Counted from the whole stretch's first letter, positions 26,454 through 39,979 are shown. The stretch: 60,829 nucleotides of DNA, filler included, from Sphacelaria rigidula (GCA_964200075.2; 9 parts of 9 records of this genome joined end to end with filler, not necessarily neighbours in it), one strand, 5' to 3'. Notes: a model not told the origin generated them from the sequence alone. Numbers and translations are program-made.

Positions 26454-27080
26454 CTTTCAGGAAAAGGGCTAGACAAAGTTTGTTTTCAGGCTCAGAGATA
26501 AAGGGGGCGAGCGGTGAAAAATATCGCTACGTCGAAGCTGCGCAAGCGTCGGATACAGGCGATCCGTCATTCAACCCGGGCGACTCGTGTACTCTGTAAA
26601 CCCGGACGGATGACACTTCCAACCTAGTTGGCGATTCCGATTCTACCTCATCATGCGCGCGTCAAGGTTGTCATCTGCTCTTATCTTTGAGAGATCGTAC
26701 CATCTTCGGAACGTAGGAGAACAGCTCGTGCGCGTCCTCCTGCCCGTCTACGGTCGAGAGCCCGTTGACCGACGCCCTGAACGCCGCCAACACAGATCCC
26801 AAAGCCTGCCAGCACAGTGGTGACAGTACAACGAGCGGAAGATGTGTCAGTGTATGTCGACCTCACCCCGTCTTGCGCGACTCGACAGCTGCGATACCAC
26901 AGCAGCTGCCATGCAAAACTCGAGGTGGATCAAGAACCTCATCTAGCGAGCGTGCGTGTGGAACAGGCAGCCGCAAGTAGNNNNNNNNNNNNNNNNNNNN
27001 NNNNNNNNNNNNNNNNNNNNNNNNTTAATTAATTAANNNNNNNNNNNNNNNNNNNNNNNNNNNNNNNNNNNNNNNNNNNN

Positions 27081-27140
27081 TTCTTTCACAACCCATTTCT
27101 CCATACTGTGTCATAAGCCTTTTGCACGTCTAGGAAGAAA
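27081..27140 (-). mobile_element. LINE reverse transcriptase fragment
   Basis: FFLDVQKAYDTVWRNGL motif, truncated by the contig edge. Confidence 0.65.
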
Positions 27141-27759
27141 CGAGAAAGCGAAGGGGGTGTATCAGTTATATTTCTACCTCCGCCTTCTCAGCTCTTTTCT
27201 AGCCCGGGGGACAGTGGACCGCTTGTTTTATCGCTCCCATCTCCGCTTCCTCGCGGGCTGTTGCTGCTGATGGAATGTAACCGGTGGTTGCTCTCCTAGT
27301 GGCGTAGATTGTGTTAGATGTCACAGATAGCACTGAGCTTAACAATCAGCGCTGACTGTTCCGCTCAGTGCTATCTGTGACATCAAACCAAAGCCAATCC
27401 CGGCACCATGCCTGATTGAACTCTTCCACCCCTTTCTCGACTCGCACGTGTCATTTGTCCACACTCTTCGCGGCAGTGACCCAAGCTCGCGAGTCTTAGA
27501 CTGCAAGATCGTGGGCAAACCATCTCCTCTTTTCTTCATTACGTGGAATATGTCCTAGCGTGCTCAAGTTCTCCTAGAGGCGGTGCCCTCATTGTTTGGG
27601 AGGCCGACGAGCCTGCTTTCGCCCTTGTACGCCCACTGTTCGGACATGATGCGCTCTGGGAACCCAGCCGTGTGTTATATTTCCGGACAAGGGCTCCGGC
27701 GAGCTGAAATTGACGCTTGCGGATGGCGATCTTTATGTGGTCACATTAGGTCATCTTGA

Positions 27760-29110
27760 GGATAGCTCTCCACAAAAGAATCTCGCGGACAGTGCCATCC
27801 AGCGGAAGCCAACAGCCCCCAGTAAGCGCTTGCGGTGGGCCGTACGCAGGCTTTCGAAGTCCTCTGGGCGCAGCATCCACGTAGAGCATTCGTGCAGCAC
27901 AGCTTCCATCCCCTCCACTTGAGCAGTCGGATTTTCAGAGATGGCTGGAGCCGATCGTAGAGTTGGCCACTATACTTTGGGGCTCGAGCCTATGCAGTGC
28001 TGATGCGGCGCTTGATATAGATGATGATATATCGTCTACGCTGATAGCTTCACCAACAGAGACAAACTCAGCCCTCCGCCAATGCCGTCGGCCCGCCGCG
28101 TTGATGTGCAGTGGGGTCCCTGGGGAGCTGGAAACTGATCAGAGGCGAATTGGATCTGTCTTGTTTTCCTTGTAAGGCTAATCCGGGCTCCTAACAGGCT
28201 ATCACTGCCACAGCCTTCATTCTAGCTAGCCCGCTTGGGAACCTTGAGGCTAAACAGCCGTCATCCATGTACAGGATTCCCCTTATCGCCGATAGCACCC
28301 TTTCAAGCGGCGTCTCCCCCCATGGGTTTACCATCCTCACTGTCTCTCGGAGATACTACGTCTGCGACGATGGCCTGTTCGTCGCAAAACCCTGTACGAT
28401 CGCATCAACCAGTGTGCTGCACTAAAGTTGTTGAAGAGCAGCGGGGACTGAACGAATCCTTGCCTGAGTTTCACGGCAGGAATAAAACCACTATGTTGAC
28501 TCGCCAACATCCAGCGATACCCGAGCTCGCATGCCATCTCGAAATAGACGAGTGAATCATCCGCGGAAAGACTCCGGTATGGGCAAAAGTAGATCTCACA
28601 GGAGCGTACGGTTGACGAAGTCGTACGCCTTGTATATGTCGATGAAGCACATGCTCAGTGGCAGATTGCTCGGCCGTCCCAACTTCTCCAGTCGGCGTAC
28701 TACGAAGATCATGTCGGTGGCCGACCGTTGGCGCCAGGCTCCGCACTGTTCTCCCCAGGAACACCCACGCCTCCTCGCAGGCCTGTTGGCTACGATTTTG
28801 AGTACAACTTTACCGGTATGCACCACGACAGAGTAGCCCATGTAGTGATCTATCCCGTTTCTTGCGCAGTGCTCGGTACTTGCGTCTTGAAATTCGTTCG
28901 TCCCTTCGCTAGACGTCCCGACAGCAACGATGGTGCTGTAGCTGGGGTACGGGATCTCCGAAGACTCCCCGAACAATCCAAGCTTGAGGAGGCTCAGCAG
29001 ATGGCCCATCCGGCTCATCTCTTTGCCCTTGGCTCTCAGTGTCTCCGTCTGTTACATTCAGGATTGGAGGGTTTCCAAGAGACGTAGCCTTCGACAGCTG
29101 CACGATGTTT
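27760..29110 (-). mobile_element. Degenerate RTE-like LINE (RT to C-terminus)
   Basis: GKVVLKIVANR, EQCG..RQRSATDMIFVVRRL, MCFIDIYKAYDFVNR, LRQGFVQSPLLFN and EAVLHECSTWMLRPEDFESLRTAHRKRL in order, with stops and frameshifts. Confidence 0.85.
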
Positions 29111-29839
29111 TCGCTGAAGCCCCAATCGACAGCTTCCGATGTTTCATTTATTCAGCAAGATAAATGAGTGCTGTCTCCATACGTCACAGATTGGATGTTT
29201 TTGCCTAGGACCTTTTTTCCTAGGCGGGTTCCCGTTCTCGTATGTGGCATGCCGCTTGCTTGCTCGTTTTTTTCTCGATATCCTCGACCGTCCTTCGGAG
29301 TGCCCCTGCCAACCCCCCATCCCTCCCCAATGTACCACTCCAGCCCCTTCGCATACAGACCCAAGTTCATGTCCGACCACTTTGGATGAGCTCCTTGAGC
29401 CTCCTGCACGTTGCTCGCATGCTGTGTGCATGCAGGGTTTCCTCGCGGTACTGTTCGTGTCGGTAACCTCACGCTTTTCAACTTATTATACCAGACCTCT
29501 TCGAAGTCACCTCGGCTCGCAGCATCCTCGAAGCTAACCTCCCACACGGGTCTGCCGGGCCCGGCATGGCGTCACCATTTCGGCGGACCTTAGAAGTATG
29601 TGGGCAATTCGCAGAAGTATGACGTACGGTACCTCCAGTTTTGCCCTGTTCGAGCTCCCTGACGAGAAGCTGTATACGTTGCTCACGTCAGCTGATGTCA
29701 GGCATCATTACCCACCAATTGATAGCCTTGCTGCCGGCGGAGGTCCGCACATGTCTGTTTCGTGCGCACCGACCAAGGAGAAGCTGGTTCTGGCGCGTTG
29801 GATGGTTGGGGGCGAAGGGTAACATCTCGGTTGCATACG

Positions 29840-30097
29840 GGGTGATGTTACGGTAGGGGTGCACAAATATCTCCTGAAGTTGGAATTGTTAGGAATCTCT
29901 TCCTCTCATCTAAGGGACGACGTATGAAAACATAGTAGAGAACGTCAGGATAACTGTTTCTATGTGGCGGGAATATTCCGAATGAATTTGCAAACGGGGA
30001 TGCCCTGACCCATATTCTTGTGCATCTAGAATCGTTGGGAGCCCCTAAACCAGACAAAATTTTGCGCAAAAAGTGCACCCCTACCGTAGCATTGCTC
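29840..30097. mobile_element. Sola2-like MITE, opposite-orientation copy of 22233-22480
   Basis: Same TIRs and similar interior; TSD tacg/tacg. Confidence 0.8.
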
Positions 30098-30202
30098 TAC
30101 GTAATTTGCGGGTCTGGCATTCGTTGAATCGTCTCACCCATACCATGCGCACCGCATGACTTGTCTTGATCTCCTGAGACTCATGTTTGCGCTGCCCCAC
30201 AG

Positions 30203-33029
30203 GACGGCAACCAGGAAACTAGGCAGCACGCAAAGGCAATAGCGGCTCTGCTTCTCCAAACGGTAAGCCAATCCAGCATAGCTTGAAACGTGGGTTTTCC
30301 TACCTGGTTCGAAAGATCAATGCCTGCCCGCGTTGCACGTCATACTCCATTAATGTAAAAACAAATGCACGACGAGTTCTTGAGACTTACAGTGTGTGTC
30401 GCGTACAAGACATGCTCGGAATATTCCCACTAGTATGGTCCGATTGAAAGACTCGTAACCTTCTCGTCCGCTCAATCCACTGTTGATTTTTTCAAATGCT
30501 CAAAGAACATAATCGTGCAAATTGTGGGGCAGTATACACCGCTGAGACAACGGTGAAGTTGCTTCCGTTCTCAACTTCAGAAAAGGAGTGAGTGTATCGA
30601 ACTTAGATTGCAGGGCGCTTTGAACTCTGACACTTACCTGTACACGGGTGGCCACTGGTGTGCCTACAACCTCAAATTTGGACGTTACAGACCTTGTGCA
30701 ACGTCTGTAGCGTCCAAATTTGAGGTTGCAGGCACCCCAGTGGCCACCCGTGTACCGATACAAGTAGCCGGGACGAGGGGGGCATTGGAGGCATCGGCGA
30801 CATATATACACAGAGAGGAACATTATTCAAGTGTGGTGACATTTGGAGATTCTATTCGTGCCTCAGCCGGGACCCCAAATGTTTGGTGATTTTTCTTGAT
30901 CACGCTGGGGAATATCGCAAATGCTTCCACCGTCCACAGGGCGAAGTAGACATGACACGCCTCCGACGAGAGATTCCAGCTCCTATACTGGAACGTCTCC
31001 AGAGGGCACTGCTAAACTCGTCCATGCCTTCGGGGCCGGGGTTTACAGCCCCCGCTGCGAGTAGGAATAGCTCCAAGTTTCAAGCACGCGGCGCCCTGGC
31101 ACGTTCAACTTCCGTGTCATCTTCCAATTCTTCTTCGGGCTATACTGTGGGAGGAGTCGGGGGTAGTGGCGGGTCGTGGATGGCGGAGGGGAATGAGGAA
31201 AGCAAGTTGACAATGCAAGTCGAGGGACGACGTCGTGGGTCAGCGGGACGGTCTTCAAGGTTGCGGGCCGAGCAGGTAACGTAGTCGGAGATTATATGCA
31301 ACACGTAGGAACCTGACGGTCAACAATCAACGACAGATTCAGCTACATGTGCTGTTATTCTGGATTTTGTGCTGCGGTAAGAGCGATAGTGCAAAATCGA
31401 GTCACAGCACTTGTTGGACCGTGGGTATTTATTGGCCGCAGAATAATCATAGTCCAAGTAACTCGGGACGATTCATTTGTTTCCTTGTAGACTTCATGAA
31501 GTATCTTGGGATTCGTCCACAGCGAACCAATCGTGCTTCTTTCTTCAGGTGCAAGGTATACCGTGCAAGAGGTCAGTAAGGACGAGCAAGCTGCTCGGTT
31601 GGAGAAAGTTGATGGTTTCCGAGCGGTGGCAGCAAGCAATGGGCATAACGCCAACCATGTGTATCGTGGTTGACGCAGCAGAATTGAGGGTGATTCATGG
31701 TCGTGAGATGCACGGGTTTCCCCCCAGGGGTGGAAGGGAAGGAGAAGGAATCACACGTGTGAATAACATGGGCCGTTTCGTCGAAGACAACAGCCGTTCA
31801 AACGTTAAGTCTGACATGCCTACGTGAGCATACAATGATGACGATACAAGTAGGAGGATTTGAAAATCAGACTTTGTGCGGAAACTTACTCGTGGCTTGT
31901 CTGTGCTAGATTTCATATAAATATATATATATATATATATGGCTATTATAGTGAGTTCATCGCCCCGGCCTCCGATGTACCGCTACCACCTGACACTGCA
32001 AGTCATCCAACAGGTTAAAATATCGGAGATCTCAAAACTTTTCAGACCGTTGAAAACGCGATTACCAGTGTAAGGATTGCGTCAATACAGCGAGGTCGGG
32101 GGCGATCAGCTCACTGATAGCCATATATGAGACATCTAGAGTTGAAACGTGATGATAACATGGCCATTTCCTTTCGGGTGATGGTCACAATGACGTAAAT
32201 AACGAACACAGAAACACCACAGAACAGACCAGGTGAACATACGAAGAAGGTAAAGAGTGTAGAGTGCAATCACCTGAAGTTCGCGATCCACAACGTTGCT
32301 TTTTGTTTGTCTGACTGGCCAAATCGGTATTCAAGTTGACAAATAGGGCACTGTACATGACACCAAGCACTTCGACTCCGATCTTTTACTCGCCAACGTG
32401 TCGTGTTCGTGTCAGCGGATGCAAGTTCTGCAGATACCCGTATTCCTACATGGATAGCAAACCAAAGCCGACCAGCATACAACACGCGTAATGCCACCGG
32501 TTGACTGTACCAAACACCGGGAATCAAGACGGGACAATCCCCCCCCGCCCCCCGCGCCCGGATAATGCACCGGCTCCAAGCAATTCGCTGTAGCTCCCGC
32601 GCCCTTTCCGTCCTCTTGAGTCCTTGATCGGACATATATGTATGTATATATATTATCAGTTCGAACCCTACGATGAGCAAGCCAGTAGTCAACGCACCAC
32701 AGCCAGCCAACGCCGTTACCACTATCAAAAACAAACGCAGCAGCAGCAGCAGCAACAACAACAACAATAACAACAACAACAACAAGGATAGTGCCACGCG
32801 CGTTTATGACTCCGAACGGCGACAGGGCGAGGGCCGCGACAACCGAATCACGGGCAAGGGAACCGGGGCGGCGGGCGGTGTTGCGGCAAATTCGAGAGGC
32901 AGCGGCGAGGGCGGCAGCAGGAGTGGCATGAAGCGGCCGAAAGTCTGCCGAGAGGCGGAACTATTGCCTGGTGTGTTCGCGCAGCTGGACTCTGGCGACT
33001 GGCGGGAACGTTTGTCGGGTCTTGAAGAG
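30203..33029 (+). CDS. TOG/HEAT-repeat protein (TOGARAM/crescerin or CLASP-like), internal exons
   Basis: In-phase GT-AG exons: 30203-30262 (DGNQETRQHAKAIAALL), 30940-31275, 32212-32249, 32660-33029 (S/N/G-rich linker, then FAQLDSGDWRERLSGLEE, a typical TOG-domain start). Confidence 0.7.
30643..30752. mobile_element. 110-bp fully palindromic MITE, CACGGG termini, 2-bp TSD (TA)
   Basis: cacgggtggccactgg...ccagtggccacccgtg; shares its TIR with 37849-39566. Confidence 0.8.
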
Positions 33030-35164
33030 GTGAGTTGTTACTGGATTCGGTGATGTAGGTGACGAGTGTGATGTGTTGTCCATTTCGAAGTAGTGATTGC
33101 TTGGGTATAGGCAACGCGACGTGCAGCCATTCTTTCAGGAGTCATACTATAGAAATCCTCGAACTCGGTGGAAAAGGGGGGAAAGGGAGGGTGTACCCAT
33201 GGCCTTACATGCCGTAGGCATAAGACCATTGACCTTGCATCGCTGAAAGCCGGGGGGGGAGCACGCCGGGTTTTCGCCGGACCAGGCTTGCGATAACCAT
33301 TTCGGAGCGCATGAAGGGTGAGCTGCATCCTACTATGCTTGTTCGGCCCGAAGCGTACTGATTGCCTCGCATATGGATGACAGCCCCGAATGAGTTGCTT
33401 CACTGTCTAGTACTGCCACTTCCAGAGACAACCACGGGTCACATACTGCCTTATGGACGTCTCACCATTTACACACAACGTAGTACGATCATCCCCGTTG
33501 CGCGGAGTTCGAGTTCTCCACCCCGCTCAATATGACCCATCTCGACCACCATCATCATGGTACCGCAGAAAAAACGCGAGCGACGAAAACAGCGTAGCCT
33601 CGCTGCTTAGCTTAAGCAGTGAGTGGAGGATTTTACAGCGTCGTTGCTAACAGACGTCAAGCCTCAAATACGAGGAAGGGGGGGGGTGTACTCATTATCA
33701 TGCATGCCATAGTCGTAAGACCATTGACCTCGCATCCCTACAAAGCCGGCNNNNNNNNNNNNNNNNNNNNNNNNNNNNNNNNNNNNNNNNNNNNTTAATT
33801 AATTAANNNNNNNNNNNNNNNNNNNNNNNNNNNNNNNNNNNNNNNNNNNNTGGGAAAAGCACTGTTTTAGGCTTGAACCTCATCTCGGAGTCAAACCTCA
33901 ATTCGCACAATTTGTTGTTATCCATCAAAACTGCCATACTCATCACAATGGGCCATTCACAAAGTGGAAAAGCTTGGCATCGTAATCAGAAGACATCCCT
34001 GACGCCGCCATGGTATCAGCATTCGCTTGGTTGTGTTGCATGAACATTCAAATACTCGACGGGTACACGTTGACTTGGGTACAGCTCCTCACTCTTGCCA
34101 GCCTGTAGACCTAGCCACCATTGTTACCTAAGGTCAGGGACATTGTAGGTGGAGTTGCGGGTCCGATTGCCGGACTCTGTGATGGTGACCTCCATGACGA
34201 GTAGAGCCGGTTTTGCTACTCTGGTGGAGAGAGCCTATGGTCCTGTTCTCCTGTACTATGCTGAGGATGAATATATGAATGACTAGAGCTGTTGAAGTCC
34301 ATGTGCCCGTGATGGGAGGAGTCCACATGGCAATCTGATCTTGAGTGACAGAAGTCTACAAGCCTCAGCTGGAGGAAGACGGTGGAAACGATTCGTAGTC
34401 TACAGCGCACAAGTAGTACTACCCCTCGCTGTATTCCGATCCCGTGAGAGATGATGACGTCTTGCACCACCGTTATGGGTGGCACGTGGAGAAATAATCG
34501 CAATGCGGCCGAGGTCTGCTGTTTGAAAGTGCTGCGTACCGTACTGTCTGTACTTTAGTTGCAACTGACTCTCTGTACAGTATCGCTGTACAGTAAAATA
34601 GTTCACAGCATCGCAACGCAATGTTGTAGGGTCCTGTATTGCACTCTCTGTACTGTACTGTACTCGACGCTGCTCAGAACTATAGCACTACAGCACTAGA
34701 GTGTCCTGTAGTGCGCCGTAGTGGATTGAAGTACTGCAGGTGGATTGAAAATGCGTACAGGGTGTGGGGCGTACGGTGCCGCAGTGTACGATACAGTCAG
34801 TGTTATGTCGGCCTACGCACTTCTGAAGTGGGCGCTGATCGACCGTACATTTGGCGGGGCAACCTGCGGCCAATCACTGCGACAGAACAAAATCACGTCA
34901 AGCCACGTCACATCAGCTTCCGCTATGAACTTTTTAACGTCCACTATGAAGTTTCGAAGCTTCCACTCCGAACTCTGACTCTATGATGAAAAAAACATCT
35001 TCCGAAACTCTATTGCGTTCTTAGTTCTTCCGTCGTGCATGAATCGGCAATGTAAAACTGGTGACAATGAATCTTTCAACCGCCCTTTTTTTGTCAAAAA
35101 GCTCCAGGCTTGGGAAGGATCAGCCACCCATTCGTCGGGTTTCAGATCAGACTCAATGTGCGGG

Positions 35165-35300
35165 AATAATAATCATAATATTCATAATAATCATAATAAT
35201 CGTAATCATAATCATAATCATAATCATAATCCTAATCCTAATAAAAATAAGAATAATAACAATAATAATCATAATAATCATAATCATCATCATAATGATG
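35165..35300. repeat. (AAT/CAT)n compound microsatellite
   Basis: Read directly. Confidence 0.9.
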
Positions 35301-35486
35301 AAAGTAATAAGTCGACATCTAGAAGTTGACGGATCAAAACGAAGCACCGCCGGTCAGACAATCGTTTGATCGGTGGCGCGATCGATCGACCGTAGATTTC
35401 AATACAGATGGTTGGGCAACGTCGCGAAGATGCAATCGAGACGGTATCTTTGTTGCTGCTGCGGGGGGTCTGAACCACTCAGTGTG

Positions 35487-35766
35487 AACAACGTTTTCGT
35501 GAGATTGAGAGTAGAGCGCTGATTGAGAGTGGCTTCAATCATCCGCTTTAACTTAGCCAATTTTCCATTCCGTGTCTGCTTTTCTTTGCCTCCATCCCGG
35601 TGTGTGCTTACAGCTACACGTCCATATCCTTTCGAAGGATATCAAGCGCCTCAGTGGCAAGCTGCTGCAGAAAGCATATCGGGCCTCGTGGAGGGGCATT
35701 TCGGAACTGAAACGATTCATTCACTAGTTGAATGCTTTTCACTCTCAATCTCACGAAAACGTTGTT
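35487..35766. mobile_element. MITE with AAC...GTT termini
   Basis: TIRs aacaacgttttcgtgagattgagagt / actctcaatctcacgaaaacgttgtt; flanks tgtg/tttg. Confidence 0.8.
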
Positions 35767-37474
35767 TTTGGTGCTTCACAAATTACTTGCGAAATTGAGG
35801 TTGAACATTAGAATGAGGTTCACGTTCGTTGTAACTCCAGAACAGTGCTTTCCCTGACTTAAAGTTATGATGAATGACTTTCATATGGACGCTTTCATGA
35901 CCCCCGACCTCCCTCTAACTATTTTTGGGGGTGCCCCATCTTCTGTTCCCTCAAAGGGTATGTGCAAAAAAAACAAGATCTGCCTCGAATTAGGGGTGAA
36001 AACATGGACATTTTTAGCCCGAAATAGTGCTTTCACATATACCCTTTGGGGGAACTGAAGACGGAGAATTCCCAAACGTAATGTCAGGTAGGTCAGAGAA
36101 AAATACTGTTTTGGACTTGAACTTCATTTGATTGTTCTACCTAATGTTTGCAAAATAGTCTGTTGTTTCTAAAGCGAACATGTGATTGTATATTTTTCGC
36201 GGAACATATAATAACCTTTGTGGCCGAAGTAGATTGAACATAGGAAATGTATAAACGAGAAGACCGGCAGTTATTTTTTTTTTCGTCGTTCAACTCCTTA
36301 ATCGATAGGTCACAGGCGATCTGTTGCATCGGTATCACTTTCGCTGACGCAAAATGCCTACCCCAACGGTCAAAGGGTTAAGCGTTTTACTGTTTATACG
36401 AATTGCAGTACTGTAGTGTTTACCATCTCTGATGTAAAGAGAAGATCCGGATCTTCAAAATTGGTCCTTTTTCATTCCACCTGATTCCCTGGCATGCAGG
36501 GGGGGCGTTTGTGCCACGGCGCGGCGCGCCCTGTCGCAATGCACTTTCGCTCGAATCGGCACTGGAGGCGCCGATTTGCAGTAGAGTTAACTGGCGTTGT
36601 GCTACCATACGTCCATGGTTGATATTTCCTGATTTGAGCGTGAATAACGAGAATCGGATCTTCAGTGGGGCTGACAGTCCCGTGTGTTCCTCGCCCGTGC
36701 GCAGAACGCGTTTTCGTTCGAATCAGCGCCAAAGGCGCCGATTTGTGGTCTACCAAGCCCGCACTTTGCATAGGGGACCCTATGTACCTCCCTTGCCCGA
36801 GGGTTCTCGGTATGCCTTGGGTTGGGGTTCAGGTTGAGGGGTAGCGGTCGTCCTAAAATGTGTCAGCCATGGACCACATCGTAGCCCAACGTCGGTTAAC
36901 CCACCTCCCGATTTGAGGTGAAACAATACACCCTTTGTATACGGAACAAGACTCAACCTCCGTTCCCCAAGGGTACACGGCCTGTCTTTGTCGGGATTAG
37001 GGTTAGGATCAGGGTTTTAGCGCTAGAATTATCGTCAGAGTGTGGTTGGGTTAGCGTGTGCCAAGATCCGGATCGTGTGTTCCTGCGCCCGAGGTTACGG
37101 ATGGGCCCCACGCATTGCTGCTATATGTCGTTGCTGCATGTCGTCGGTCGATTTTTCCCGTGTTTTTCGAGGAAAGGAAAAAGAGGGTCTGACTTGACAA
37201 TGGACTGTTTGTGTTGGATCCGCATCCAATTTCTTCACGTCTATCTTCCAAAATTATTCTGGACATATGAATTTCCAACCCGTTAATGATCAGCAGCAGC
37301 AGCAGCAGCAGGAGTTCATTCGGTCGCATTCAGAAGTATAAAAATAACGGAAATGGGGGAAATTACTATCTAATGCCCTGAACATGAACCCACTTACTAC
37401 ACAATGTTCCACTGCACAGGGCGACGCTTCGGTGTTTATAATAGATTATGAAGGCTTCGTTCTCTTCGAGGCAG

Positions 37475-37553
37475 GTGCGGAAGCAGACGAGTTCCTGGGA
37501 GAATCTGACGTCCAACAAGTGCTGGAGTGCGGTCTCATACCCACCTTCGACAG
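37475..37553 (+). CDS. Isolated candidate exon, unknown protein
   Basis: gcag acceptor and gtaaaa donor; open in two frames; no recognisable motif. Confidence 0.25.
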
Positions 37554-38131
37554 GTAAAAAAATGCTACATTGCGACAATTTGGACTGACTAACCTAGGCA
37601 CAAATAAATGTGGGGGTGTTTCTTTTGTTTTGTTTTGCTGGTTTAATGCATGGAAAAAAAAAAATGCGTTTCTGCCCAGAGGTATAGCGTACCGTGTTCA
37701 TCCTTTTGATTATTTGTTTGACCGCGAATAGATTTTCGGAGATCTGCAATAATCGTACGAGTATTTCTCAACCTAAATGAAGACACAGTAGTAATGCATA
37801 GGCATATGCGGGCGCAATAACATACACACGTAGACTCTCCCGTGGGCTCACGGGTGGCTACTGTTACACGTTACTGGAGGTTATATGCTTATATAACCTG
37901 GGCTATACCCATCACCTGATGTAAGGTCGGGTAACCCACGATACAGGAGGTTATACAGCAGCATAACCTAGATTATTTCCAACACCTGGTGTAAGGTCGC
38001 GTGATCCACGTTACAGGAGATTATACAGCAAGCATAACCTGGAGTACTTCCAGCACCTAATGTAACGTCGCGTAATCCACGCTCCAGGAGGTTATATGAC
38101 AATATAGCCTTGACTATTTTCAGCACCTCAT

Positions 38132-38563
38132 AACACGTGATTTTACAAGTAGGGGATGGATTTTTTTATCGGGGATGGGAACCCGGAGACGTAAAATCTT
38201 CGAATCCACACCAAATCTTCGAAGTATGGTTCCATTTCTTCACTTGCCGGTAGCTATTGACCACTTCTTCACGTCATATAAATTTGGATTTCGACAACCG
38301 AAAGTTTGGGGCCCTAGGTGATAAACCAGTTTTGGATCATTTTAATGATCCGATCGGACCCCAAAATTGGTTTTTCACCTAGGACCCCGAAATTTCGATT
38401 TACGGAATCCAAATTTGTATGACGTGACGTAGTTGTTAATAGCTACCAGAGAGTGAAAAAATGGAAACCTACTTCGAAGACTTGGTGTGGATACGAAGAT
38501 TTTAATTCTCCGGGTTCTCATCCCCAATCAAAAATCCATCCCAAATTTGTAAAATCACGTGTT
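38132..38563. mobile_element. Fold-back MITE, about 200-bp TIRs, AAC termini, TSD TCAT
   Basis: aacacgtgattttacaa...ttgtaaaatcacgtgtt; tcat at 38128-38131 and 38564-38567. Confidence 0.85.
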
Positions 38564-38839
38564 TCATGAAGGGTCAGAGAACTTCGGAGGGAACGTGCCG
38601 CGAGCCGAACACCCAGCCTTCCTTGATACAAAGCGCCCCCCCCCCCCCCCCCGTTCCTTTTCACGCTCAGCTCGGCTCACATATTTAGAGCAGCAGTTGA
38701 AAACTTCCAGGGTGTTCCTCGGTATACCATACCGTCAACGGATGGTATTTTCTTGTATGTGCACGCCACATCAGCATTGCGAAATGAAGAAAACATGTTG
38801 GAAAAACAATCAAAATTGGTGGCAGCAGGAATCCATCAC

Positions 38840-39113
38840 TCGCCAAACGGTGGCCAATGAAAAAATAACGCTCCTTGAAAGTCCTAGTATACCTGAGCAC
38901 GACTAAAACCTACGCTCCGACGTTCAGTTCAGGGAAAAGTGTGCCCTCAGTCTATTGTAATGCTGACTACGCCAAGCAAGAGACAGACAGGCGATGAGTT
39001 TCCGGGGTAGCGGTCATGTACGGGAGGATAGCAGTATCGAGTATACCAGTCGAACGCAACACTGCATTACCCTGTCAACCACCCAGGCCGAGTACGTAGC
39101 TATGGCCGAAGGA
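38840..39113 (+). mobile_element. Ty1/copia RT-RNase H fragment
   Basis: LKVLVYL, VYCNADYAKQETDRR*VSG and SRTQHCITLSTTQAEYVAMAEG. Confidence 0.85.
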
Positions 39114-39979
39114 CCCCCGGAGATCACTGATATGCCATGCCGGGACGGACCACGCACAGCATATCTTTTGTTCAGGAAGCGAACGGTTTACCCAATGAAG
39201 TAGTGATCGCTTACTGGTGGCTCAGTAGTCAAATGCCCGCTTGTGGAAAAAGAAGTCGGGGGTTCGAGACTCCAGACGTTAGATTGTCGGTGGAATATGA
39301 AATGTGGACAGTGAGGCTTCCGGGGGGCAGGAAAACCCGGATATCACTGAAGGGTCATGCCGGGACGGTCCACACATCATACCTCTTGTTCAGGAAGTGA
39401 ACAGGCGCCTTTCATAACCTAATACCTCGTGGTCGCGAACGTTACGTAACCTCAGATGTCACGCGGAGACGTTACAGACCCTTCCAGGTTCCAAAATGCG
39501 GATAGACTACGTTACGTAAGGTCGGCCGTAACCTCTTGATATAACGTGTACCAGTGGCCACCCGTGCTGGTTACGGGTCGAAGAATTAAAACGAACGCAC
39601 CCGGACCGGGCCGGTTTCTCCAGCCTTCACGACCTTTTAGCGGGATCAAACGCGCCGTTGGCCTAAATTAAAATGATACAGCATAGAAGCCTTTTCAGGT
39701 CGGGAGGGTGCAGATTCGATTCCTGCGAGATAAAGATTGCTTCTTGTTTCGGAATAGTGTCTGATTTCAGTCCTTGAAAGTAAGGTGAGGACGAGAAAGT
39801 ATCGAAAAACAATTGCTTAATTGATCAGCGTTGAAATGATGCGGGAGTGCTGATGGTCATTGTGTCATAATCCAATCCGTGACACCGACATGTCCGGCAG
39901 GTACTTTCCATTCAGGGACAGGTACAGTACGTGGATCCCTGGAAAGCGCAGGTTCGGCCTGAGGAGGGAGGGGAGGGAG

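Larger units (their letters stand above)
37849..39566. mobile_element. Non-autonomous CACTA/CMC-like element with subterminal repeats and nested insertions
   Basis: TIRs cacgggtggctactgttacacgtta / taacgtgtaccagtggccacccgtg; 2-bp TSD ct/ct; four roughly 70-bp repeats at 37866-38130. Confidence 0.6.

Noticed and set aside
35039..35369. Poly-N/I/H ORFs (also the poly-C ORF at 46270 and poly-G/P ORFs at 15857-16174)
   Set aside because: They are translations of microsatellites and homopolymer runs.
37866..38130. CRISPR-like array (also considered for 51117-51423 and 40130-40400)
   Set aside because: Whole units are homologous with no unique spacers, there are no cas genes, and the context is eukaryotic.
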